A stretch of 64,000 nt of DNA from Mobula hypostoma (taxonomy: Eukaryota), in contig NC_086097.1 in NCBI RefSeq assembly GCF_963921235.1, positions 76,882,001 through 76,946,000 on the forward strand, written 5' to 3'. Position 1 is the stretch's first letter. Every line of letters starts with the position of its first letter. The notes under the pieces are model-generated. The model searched no databases. It saw nothing but the letters and a program-made list of their open reading frames with translations, and was not told where the DNA came from. Positions 13,501 through 25,500 of the stretch are shown here, one piece after another. Position numbers and translations under genes: made by a program.

Positions 13501-16500
13501 GTGAGTTCGACAGCACGCCAGTTGTTCAGACATGTTACCTTGGTCTTTTTTGGGTACAGGGATAATGGTGGATGTTTTGAAGCAGAAGGGCACTCTACAC
13601 TGGGAGAGGGAGAGATTAAAAATGTCAGTAAACACACCTGCCAGTTGTGCTGCACGCATCCTGAGTACTCGCTCTGGGATGCCGTCCAGTCCCGCAGCCT
13701 TGTGACTGTCCACTCATGAGAAACATCTGCGTACCTCAGCCTCAGAGATGACCAGGTTGCAGGTTGTAGCGGTGGCTTTCCTCGGAGGCTCAGAGTTAGC
13801 GACGTCGAACCGAGAATAAAAGCGATTGAGCTCATCAGGGAGAGAGGCCGTGATGTTGGCGGCACCACAACGTTTGGCTTTGAAGTCTGCGTTGGTATGC
13901 AGCCCTCGCCTGACGTCACGTGTGCTATTTGTTGTGAATGTTGACTCAATCTTGTCCCTGTATTGTTGTTTCACAGCCTTGATAGCTTTGCGCAGATGAT
14001 AGCTGCTTTTCTTGAGCTCTAGTTGATCTCCAGCAATGTAAGGTCTATATCACGCGGTAAGTGCTGCTCGCACGGAACTATTGATCCAGGGTTTCTGGTT
14101 CGGGAAGACCCTGACCAACTTCTGGGTGGACAATATCGTCAATGCACTTCCGGATGAAGCATGTGAATCCATCAGTGAACTCGGAGACATCCTCATCATG
14201 GAAGACATTCCAGTCAACATCATTGAAGCAGTCCTGCAGCCTGGAGGCCAATTGGTTGGACCAACAGTGGACGGTTTTAACTATGGCCTCCTCTTGTTTC
14301 AGCTTCTGCCTGTACATCGGCAAAAGCAGGATCGAAGAGTGGTCTGATTTTCCTAAAGCTGGGCAAAGAAGAGCTTTGTAAGCATCGCAGAAGGGAATGT
14401 AGCAGCTCCCCCCATCTCACACGCGGAACACACCACTAACCCTGGATCCATTCTTATTGCACCAGCTATGTACTAATAGACAAAGAAAGAGGGGAAAAAT
14501 TTTAATCTTAAATATCATAAATAATCTTATTAGAAACTTACTTAGAATTTTCACTTGTGCTTGTCCAAACCTGTTGTGCTCTAGCCTTGGCCCGCTCCAA
14601 CAATGGTCACCCACTTACATGTTCCTTTTTATTGGCTCAAAAAAACTCACTCTGGGTGAGACTTTTTACTTTCAAATGGCTCCCACCTTGCAATTATGTC
14701 TCTCTCTCTCTCTCTCTCTTATTCGCTACTTCAAATTGACAGATATTGTGGATTGACAGGATATTTTATCCGATGAGAACCATAATTTATGAAGCTTGTG
14801 GTTTCACTGTGGCACCTCCTTGGGCAACTCATTCCAGCAGTGAGAGGTAATAAAATAAAATTTTGGAAGAGTGCTCCTAAGGAGCAGACCTAAGCAGTTA
14901 GAGTTCAAATATAAACATGCATCAAACTGCAATCTTGGAAACACTGCACTGATAAAATGACAATGCAACTCGAGCAGGATTCAAAGAAATGATGCAAATG
15001 TAGATAATATTGTGTTGTCTGAGTTTGATAATCCATGGAGTGTATGTCCTGTGAAATGGCCATCCAGGCCATAAGAATGTTTGTGGATTGAGTGTGAAGA
15101 CCGGTTTGCACGTGCATAAATGTGTTGGAGAATTGTTATTCCAGCCACTATAAATGAGTTGCCAAATGAGAACTCATCCTGCACCAGCCATTACTCTAAA
15201 GTAGATGCATCAGAGGATCCATATGGCAGATATAACATGGTACACATCAAGGAAAACTGTTAAATTCAGTGTTAGCTGCAACTGAATTTATTGAGTCCCA
15301 CCTTTGAGAAATAAGGTTGTGTTCCCTAAAGGAAAAGGAACTGTATTTTCAGAGAAGCCGTCTTTTGGGTGAGATGTAAAAAAGATTCAGTTTGCCTCTC
15401 AAATGAAAACAGAAGCTTATGAAATAAACAGGAACATTATCTGTGGTGCCCCTCAGTTTATACCACCAGAGAAGTTGGCTGCATCGGAGAGCTCATTGTG
15501 CACACTTAAGGCTCATCTTTACTTGTGCGTCAACTCTACGCTGTAGGTACGGCGTCGCCACGAACCCTACGCAGAGCCTACGCGGATCCCTACGCCGTAG
15601 CCTGACGTGCACCTCTCCCAAAATGTAACTACGCGTCGCAGCAACACAGACCGCAACAACTGTGATTGGTCCGCCTGGTAGCATCGCATTTCCTCCTACG
15701 CTGTAATAGCTTCCCACTGGCCGACTGAAGGGCAGGGAAGGAACTCTGGCTGCAATGCTTTCCATAAAGCTTTACAGACCTCCAAAATTATGGAGGACAC
15801 ATTTCGCCTTTACGAAAAAAGACGCTCGCTTTAAACTTGTTTACCCTGAGAAAGACTACCATAACCATGAAGCCTCATGTGGGCAGGTGTGTGCACATGC
15901 GCGACATGCCCGAATTGCAGAGCGACGCAGACACACCAACGCATAAGTATAAATGCTCACAACGCGCGTAGGCCACTTGCATAGGTTACGGCGTCAAGTT
16001 GACGCACAAGTATAAATCAGCCTTTACTGTCCACAAATCAGCTGCCTTGTTTCTTATGTTACAATGGAAGCTGTATTTCCTAGAGTGCTCTGCTGGCTGT
16101 AAAATTGTGAAATATATTGAGACTCTGAGCAGTGCAACTTTTCTTTCGAAGGCTTTGCACTGAGCATTGTAAAGTATTCTTTTCTCATTTTGTTATCATG
16201 ATACGCTTCAATCTCAGAATGTAATCCATTTCAACTACACCATGTGGAACAGGTTCCTAACAAACTCCTTCATGTTGCACCCCAATAAAGCAAAACTTGG
16301 TTAAATTGTTTTCATGTGGAAGTCACTGATATTCTTTACCAATACTTTTTCAATTCATTCAGTCCATGTCAGAACATTGTATCAGTTGAAATGTGTTGCC
16401 AAGAATTTGTAATTGTTGAGGCATTTTTATCCATGTTATATTTCATCAAGAGTTAATGGACATTCATTGTGCAATAAAGTTTGAACAAACTGCAAGGAAT

Positions 16501-19500
16501 TAAGAAACAGTGCTTGGTAGAAATAATCGTTCATATATTTCTTTCCCAGATTCTGCTTCCTCTGATTGATGAATACTTCAAGAATCACTGTATGTACTTC
16601 CTGTCCTCTCCAACCAAAAGCCTCAGCAGCAGTGGATATGCATCCAATAAAGAAAAGGAAATGTTGGCAAGGTTGGCAAAGCTGTTTTTCTACATCTTGT
16701 CATACTTTACAGAAATTTTACATGACAATTCATTTGAAAGGAATAATTTTCAAGTGCAGAAAATTGTGATTATGTTTAAAATTATGTTCTAATAAGAGGA
16801 AGCCACTGTTTGTCAAATAATTATCAAATCCAAATTTAAAACATTGGAAACAACAGGAATTCTGCAGATGCTGGAAATTCAAGCAACATACATCAAAGTT
16901 GCTGGTGAACGCAGCAGGCCAAGCAGCATCTATAGGAAGAGGCGCAGTCGACGTTTCAGGCCGAGACCCTTCGTCACGAGCTACTGTACTGAGCTACAGT
17001 GAAAAGCTTGTCTTGCACACTGTTCATACGGATCAGATCATTACACAGAGCATTGAGGTAGAACAAGGTAACACAAGAACAATGCAAAATAAAGTGTAAC
17101 AGCGACAAAGAAAGTGCAGTGCAGGTAAACAGTAAGGTGGAAGATCAAAATCAGGTAGACTGGGTGGTGAAGAGTCCAACTTACTCTACTAGGGAACTAG
17201 AGAATCTTAATATAAATGATATTAAGCCTTTTCCCAACTTTATTGCTTTGATCTTGAGTCATGAAAGTAGGAGCTTTTTAGATAGCTTATGTTAGAACCT
17301 TTAATCTGTGAAAATGCTTTTTTTATTGTTCTTGTTCTTAATAGTTCAATCACAGAGGATAATTCTGTAACTATGTATTTCTATCATCTTTTCTTCTTTT
17401 CTGCTTTTTCCTGATCTAGTATTTTCTGCAAACTTGCAGCCCTAGTCAGACATAGGATCTCACTCTTTGGTAAGCAGCCTAAAATCTTGATTATTTGAAT
17501 ATTATCCAATTGCACCAAGGCTGGGATAGCTAAAGATCATCCTGTGAATATAATAATGGGGCTGGGACTTGGGTGAATTGGTTACAATCCATCTTATTTT
17601 TTAATGTTTTTTCTACAACCAAATCCTTTAGATGATCTGAAAATATTTTTCGTAGTCCTCTTTTTTCTGAAGGCTGCCTCTAACAGATCTCCAGGAAAAA
17701 GGGAATAAAAGCTAATGTGTTTCTTCTATATGAAGGAAAACATGTTTGAAGAAAATCTGTGCTTTTGAGTGGCGATCCATCCCAGCATCATTTATACTTT
17801 TGCTGTGTTATTTATTGCATTTTTGCATAAATATGTTGACCAAACTGAACCCAGCTCTGTTCTTTTACAAAATTGATCTGAAGGATAAATTTCTTAAGAT
17901 AGTCAGAGAAAAATGTATTCTCTGATATCCAAAGTAATCTGGTGTCTGTGCCCCTAGGACCAAACTATCTTGAAATTTTGGGCACAACATCTCAATAAGC
18001 ATATAGTTGTGAGAATAATAGTTGTTAATTTCCAAAAATACAAAGATGTTTAAAACTAATTAGGCCTCAGAAATGTATTGCTGCAGTCAGAAAGAGGGCC
18101 ACCTAATTATTCTTGACTAACAACACCACAATGTTCTGTTTGTGCATAAATATAGTATTAAATATGCTGCATAGCTTGTAGACTATGCCATCACCATCCA
18201 AAAGCTGTTTGCTTGGGGAAGCAAGAGTGAACTTTGGAGATGTACAAATAAGGTACACAGCCATCTTTGCCAAGCAGCACACCTCGCCTGCTGAAGAGTT
18301 ATATGAAAGCCAGCAGATTTCTTTCTTATGCCCACCCAGTAACAGAGCAGCTCTTCGACTCCTGCTATTCACTAAGGGTTTTTTCAAGATGTAGCATTAA
18401 CCAGCTGATCCCACCTTAGGATTACAGCTTCAAATTCTACACACTTGCCTATTTGTAGATAAAAGTAACCTAATATGTAAAAATCCTGATTGGGGTATTG
18501 ACATTTAAAATATTAACAGTATTTGTGTAAATAAATAAGATAATATTCAGTTGTTTGATTACTTCTATAGGCACTGATTCTGGAACAATGGTGAACTGTT
18601 TACATATCTTGGCACGTACTCTAGACCCCAGGTATCTGAAGCAATTTTTTCATATTTCATTAAATTTTTCACCTACTTCGAGATTTTTAAGCAGAACTTG
18701 TCTCCACTCCCCCCCCCCCCACTGGAAATGTGGAAATGTGTAGATTGTGCATTTTATCCTTTGTGTATTCCAGGACTGTTATGAAGTCTGGCTTAGAGTT
18801 GGTAAAAGCTGGTCTGCGTACATTCTTTGAAAATGCAGCTGAAGATCTGGAAAAGACACTGGAAAATCTGAAACTTGGAAAATTCACACATTCACGATCT
18901 CAACTGAAGGGAGTTACACAGAATATCAATTACACAACTGTAGTTCTGCTACCTGTGCTAACATCATTCTTTGGCCATATCAGTCAACATCAGTTTGGAA
19001 CTGACTTGATCTGTGAGTAGCCCGGTTCCTCAACATAGTGCAAAGATATAATCGTCACTTGTAGACTTCAATTTGACTTTTATTTGCAACCATTTGTTTG
19101 TTTGCATTGACTGAAAACAGAAAAATGAGTCAAGTTTATTGTCATATGCATATGTATACTGTACATAAATGCAGATGCAATAAAAAAAACTTCTTTGCAG
19201 CAGCAACCCTGGAACTTAGCATCATATAAGAAGCATTTACAAGAAAAGTATAAATTAAAAATGAATTAGACACAATTTTTACAAGAGAAAAAGTTAGTAC
19301 AAAAAATGTGGATTTTAGGGCAACGTGATCAGAGTGATCATAGCGTTGCTAAACTGTAGAGGTGATTAGGTTTTTCCGATTGGATCAAGAACCAAACGAT
19401 CAAAGAGGAGGAACTGTTCCTGAACCTGGCGGTGTGGGACTTCAGGCTTTTGCGCCTACTGCCCAATGTTAGCTGCGAAAAGATGGGATGGCTCGAATGG

Positions 19501-22500
19501 TAGGGATCTTCTTACTTGTTACCTTCTTGAGGCAGAGACCTTTGCAGACACGTCTGATGGTGGTGGGGATAGTGGGGGGGAGGGGTGGGGTGCATCTTTG
19601 ATTGTATTGTGCAGAGTACACTACTCTCTGCAGCTTTCTGTGTACTTACTGAACCAGACCTTGATGCAACCAGTTAGGATACATTCAACAGTACATCTGT
19701 AGAAGTTTGATAGAGTGTTTCGGAACAAGCTGACCCTCCACCACCTCATAAGAAAATAAAGGCACTGGCACATTTTCCTTGTGATTGCACCTATGTTCTA
19801 GACCCAGGATAGGTCATCCGATATGTTAATGTCCAGGAACCGAGCCTCTCCACTACCGATCCCCCAGTGTAGTGTTTGTGCGGTAGTGCTGTATGAAGAG
19901 AAGGGAGTTTGGATAATAGATTGGCCTTTTCTGCTTCACTGGACTTTCCCACACCATTCAGCTCAAAAATGCTGTAAATTACTGGAAAAGTAAGCTGACA
20001 TAGCAAAGAGAGAGAAGTGGGACAGGAGGTAATTTGGAAGATGTTTTGATAGGCCTGTGAATAGTTACAGTGACTATACCTCTTTCCCACCCAGTCACTT
20101 GTAAAAATGCCATTCTCTTTTTTCAGTTCCTCCGTCTCCACTGCATCTGCTCTCAGGGTGAGGCTTTTCATTCTAGAACAACTGAGATGTCCTCCTTCTT
20201 CAAGGAAAAGAGCTGGCCTCACCTACACCTCTTCCATTTTGCATCCTCCCACCGCCACACGAGGGATACTGTTGCTCATGTCCTCATCTACCTCCCCACA
20301 AACCTCCACATCCAGCACACAATTCTCAGTAACTTCCACCATCTCCTACGAGATCCCACCGCCAAGCATAACTTTCCCTCCCCTCAGTTTCTACTTTCCG
20401 CAGGGATCGATCCCTACATGATTCCCTTGTCCATTCATCCCTCCCCACTGATCTCCCTCCTGGTACTTACCCTTGCAAGCTGAACAAGTGCCAGAATTGC
20501 CCCTACGCCTCCTCCCTCACTACCATTCAGGGCCACAGACTGTCCTTTCAGGTGAGGCGACACTTCCCCTGTGAGTGTGTTGAGGTCATTTACTGTATCT
20601 GGTGCTCCTGGTATGGCCTCCTGTATATTGTTGAGACACAAGATAGATTGGGAGACCACTTCACCGAGCACCTATGCTCTGTCCACCTCAAAACGCAGGA
20701 ATTCCCATTGGCCACCCATTTCAATTCTACTTCCCATTCCCATTCTAACATGTCAGTCCATGTCTCCTCTACTGCCACGATGAGGCCACACTCAGGTTGG
20801 AGGAGCAACACTTTATATTCCGTCTGGGTAGCCTCCAATCTGATGGCATGAACATCGATTTTGCAAACTTCTGGTAATTATCCCCCTCCTATCCTTCACC
20901 ATTCACCATTCTTATTTCCCTCTCACACCTCTTCCTACCTGCCCATTACCTCCCTCTGGTGCTCCGTCCCCTTCCCTTTCTTCCATGGTCTTCTGTCCTC
21001 TCCTATCAGATTTCCCCTTCTCCAGCCCTCATCTCCTCACCAATTCCCAGCTCTTTACTTTACTCCTCTCCCTCTCCCGGTCTCACCTATCACCTGCCAC
21101 CTTACATTTCTTCCTCCCCTCCCCTCACCTTATATTTCTGACTTCTTCTCCCTTCCTTTACAGTCCTGATGAAGGGTTTCTGCTCAAAACATTAACTGTT
21201 CATTCATTTCCATAGACCCTGCCTGGCCTGCTGGGTTGCTCCAGTATTTTGTGTTTGTTACTTGGATTTCCAGCATCTGCAGAATTTCTCGTTTGTAGCT
21301 GCAGGACTGTGCAAAAGTCATAAGCATATATATAAGTATATAGCTAGGATCTCTAAGACTTTTGAACAGTACTATATATTGATTAAAATAAAATGGTTGA
21401 GAAACAGAAATAACAGGACTTAGCTTTGTATTAGTTCAGTAGTATTAAGTGTTATTTGATAACTGGAAGACATAATATGTTTTCGTGGATTTTGCAAAGA
21501 AAAAGAATTTCAGGATGTGTATTGCATTCATTTCTCTGACATTAAATGTACATATTGAACCTATACAAAAGACTTGGGCAGCCAAGCTATATACTGTATA
21601 TGTGCCTATGACTTTTGCACAGTATTGTTTATATCACTGATATTAAAAATCTGAGGTTAAAAAAATGCAAATACCAAGCCCTTTAGGCAGCATTATGTAG
21701 GGAGAAATAGAGCTAATGTTGAAGGATGCTGACATTTAATCAGAATACAATAAAGTGTCTCTTGACCATTGAGAATTAAGAACCAATAGAAAAGGCAATA
21801 AACAAATGTGAATTAGAGTCATAGAAGGTGCAGATAGATTACAGAGGGGAAAATTAAGTTTGAGTTAAAAGAGAATATGAAAAATGGAGGAATTAAAAGT
21901 GAGATCAATAATCACAACCATTTAGAATGACGTGTTTAGCTGCTCACTTTCTGGATTAGAGTGATTGATCGACACTGGTTGGTTGGCATCCGTCTGTCTC
22001 GAAGGAACAATGGGTGATCATCATAATCACAACAAGCCTTGGCAGAAAATATGGAGATCTTGAAATGACACACATAAAAAATGCTGGTGAGTGCAGCAGG
22101 CCAGGCAGCATCTATAGGAGGAGGTGCAGTCAACGTTTTGGGCCGAGACCCTTCGTCAGGACTAACTGAAAGAAGAGATAGTAAGAGATTTGAAAGTGGG
22201 ATGCGGAGGGAGAGATCCGAAGTGATAGGAGAAGACAGGAGGGGGAGGGATGGAGCCAAGAGCTGGAAAGTTGATTGGCAAAAGGGATACGAGGCTGGAG
22301 AAGGGAGAGGATCATGGGACAGGAGGCCTAGGAGAAAGAAAGAGGGAGGGGAACCCAGAGGATGGAGAGCAGGCATGAAGTTATAGTGAGAGAGACAGAG
22401 GGAGAAAAAAGGGAGAGAAAAAAAGCAGTATCCCTTTTGCCAATCAACTTTCCAGTTCTTAGCTCCATCCCGCCACTTCCTGCCTTCTCCTGTCATTTCG

Positions 22501-25500
22501 GATCTCCCTCTCACCCTCCCACTTTCAAATCTCTTACTATCTCTTCTTTCAGTTAGTCCTGATGAAGGGTCTCGGCCCGAAACGACTGTACCACTTCCTA
22601 TAGATGCTGCCTGGCCTGCTGCATTCACCAGCATTTTTTATGTGTGTTGCTTGAATTTCCAGCATCTGCAGATTTCCTCGTGTTTGAGATCCTGAAATGC
22701 GTAGTCATCAAGATACCCCTCTCAGCCTCACCAGTGTAGTCCAAAGGAAAGCTTATGAAGCAATAGTTTGGCACCAGCTTGGCTGGAGGAGGTATTGGAA
22801 GGATATTCAATGACGTCCAGCCGCCTTAGGGGCTCCACTCTGCCTTTGCTGCCTGGGACTCGGCAAGGACTCTTCCACCCCCACCGATGACCCCTTCTCC
22901 CGTCTTCAACCCTCCTCTTCTTCATGGACACCCCGCTCTGGTCTTCTGCCTGCTCTGGATCTCTTTATTGCCAACTGCCGACGGGACATCAACCGTCTCG
23001 ACTTCACCGCACCTTGTCCCCATTCCAACCTCACTCCTTCGGAACGCTCTGCTCTCCACTCCCTCCGCACTAATCCTAACCTTATTATTAAACCCGCTGA
23101 TAAAGGGGGTGCTGTTGTAGTCTGGCGTACTGACCTCTACCTTGCCGAGGCACAGCGACAACTCGCGGATACCTCCTCTTATTTACCCCTCGATCGTGAC
23201 CCCACCAAGGAGCACCAGGCCATTGTCTCCCACACTATCAACGACTTTATCCGCTCAGGGGATCTCCCATCCATTGCTACCAACCTTATAGTTCCCACAC
23301 CCCGCACTTCCCGTTTCTACCTCCTACCCAAGATCCACAAACCTGCCTGTCCTGGCCGACCTATTGTCTCAGCTTGCTCCTGCCCCACCGAACTCGTTTC
23401 TGCATACCTCGACACTGTTTTATCACCCCTTGTTCAATCCCTTCCGACCTATGTTCGTGACACTTCTCACGCTCTTAAACTTTTCGATGATTTTAAGTTC
23501 CCTGGCCCCCACCGCTTTATTTTCACCATGGATGTCCAGTCCTTATATACTTCCATCCCCCATCAGGAAGGTCTCAAAGCTCTACGCTTCTTTTTGGATT
23601 CCAGACCTAATCAGTTCCCCTCTACCACCACTCTGCTTCGTCTAGCGGAATTAGTCCTTACTCTTAATAATTTCTCCTTTTGCTCCTCCCATTTCCTCCA
23701 AACTAAAGGTGTAGCTATGGGCACCCGTATGGGTCCTAGCTATGCCTGCCTTTTTGTTGGGTTTGTGGAACAATCTATGTTCCGTGCCTATTCTGGTATC
23801 TGTCCCCCACTTTTCCTTCGCTATATCGACGACTGCATTGGCGCTGCTTCCTGCACGCATGCAGAACTCGTTGACTTTATTAACTTTGCCTCCAACTTTC
23901 ACCCTGCCCTCAAGTTTACCTGGTCTATTTCCGACACCTCCCTCCCCTTTCTAGATCTTTCTGTCTCTGTCTCTGGAGACAGCTTATCCACTGATATCTA
24001 CTATAAGCCTACTGACTCTCACAGCTATCTGGACTATTCCTCTTCTCACCCTGTCTCTTGCAAAAACGCCATCCCCTTCTCGCAATTCCTCCGTCTCCGC
24101 CGCATCTGCTCTCAGGATGAGGCTTTCCATTCTAGGACGAGGGAGATGTCTTCATTTTTTAAAGAAAGGGGCTTCCCTTCCTCCACTATCAACTCTGCTC
24201 TTAAACGCATCTCCTCCATTTCACGTACATCTGCTCTCACTCCATCCTCCCACCACCCCACTAGGAATAGGGTTCCCCTGGTCCTCACCTACCACCCCAC
24301 CAGCCTCCGGGTCCAACATATTATTCTCCGTAACTTCCGCCACCTCCAACGGGATCCCACCACTAAGCACATCTTTCCCTCCCCCCCTCTCTCTGCATTC
24401 CGCAGGGATCGCTCCCTACACAACTCCCTTGTCCATTCGTCCCCCCCATCCCTCCCCACTGATCTCCCTCCTGGCACTTATCCGTGTAAACGGAACAAGT
24501 GCTACACATGCCCTTACACTTCCTCCCTTACCACCATTCAGGGCCCCAAACAGTCCTTCCAGGTGAGGCATCACTTCACCTGTGAGTCGACTGGGGTGAT
24601 ATACTGCGTCCGGTGCTCCCGATGTGGCCTTTTATATATTGGTGAGACCCGACGCAGACTGGGAGACCGCTTTGCTGAACATCTACGCTCTGTCCGCCAG
24701 AGAAAGCAGGATCTCCCAGTGGCCACACATTTTAATTCCACATCCCATTCCCATTCTGACATGTCTATCCACGGCCTCCTCTACTGTAAAGATGAAGCCA
24801 CACTCAGGTTGGAGGAACAACACCTTATATTCCGTCTGGGTAGCCTCCAACCTGATGGCATGAACATTGACTTCTCTAACTTCCGCTAGGCCCCACCTCC
24901 CCCTCGTACCCCAGCTGTTACTCATTTTTATGCACACATTCTTTCTCTCACTCTCCTTTTTCTCCCTCTGTCCCTCTGAATATACCTCTTGCCCATCCTC
25001 TGGGTCACCCCCCCCCCGTCTTTCTCCCTAGGCCTCCTGTCCCATGATCCTCTCGTATCCCCTTTTGCCTATCACCTGTCCAGCTCTCGGCTCTATCCCT
25101 CCCCCTCCTGTCTTCTCCTATCATTTTGCATCTCCCCCTCCCCCTCCAGCTTTCAAATCCCTTACTCACTCTTCCTTCAGTTAGTCCTGACGAAGGGTCT
25201 CGGCCTGAAACGTCGACTGCGCCTCTTCCTGTAGATGCTGCTTGGCCTGCTGCGTTCACCAGCAACTTTGATGTATGTTGCGTGGGTTTACTCCTGTAGC
25301 CTTTGTCTCACCCGAAACTGCCCACAAGGCAGTGGGGATATTTACCCATAGCTGGGAATCTGATTCACGAGCACCACAGCGTGTCCACATGCCAATAGGC
25401 CTGTGTACTGCGTGTGCAGGGGCTAGACCTCCTACCCGTCTTCTGTAGTTCAGCCTGAGTCTGAAAGGAGCTCAGTTTCCATGTGTTGCCAATTAGTAGC

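Larger units (their letters stand above)
22858..25281 (+). mobile_element. Young Neptune-type Penelope-like element, 5'-truncated
   Basis: RT + Cys linker + GIY-YIG ORF followed by a pyrimidine-rich pLTR with hammerhead; CpG-rich. Confidence 0.95.
21960..25490 (-). mobile_element. RTE-like LINE 5' remnant, split by two PLE insertions (pieces ~21960-22053, 22700-22857, 25282-25490)
   Basis: ccaaaggaaagcttatgaagcaata...ggcaccagcttggctg...tgacgtcc resembles vertebrate RTE 5' regions; sequence continues across the insertions. Confidence 0.5.

Noticed and set aside
21936..22634. 232-aa minus ORF and similar [11 protein letters not shown]... ORFs (16899, 22081, 25005, 42510, 42923)
   Set aside because: Chance frames through non-coding PLE pLTR sequence; low complexity and no protein motifs
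22862..25281. Selenoprotein-type (Naiad-like) PLE with UGA recoding
   Set aside because: No in-frame TGA seen in the ORF, which ends in TAG; no SECIS recognised
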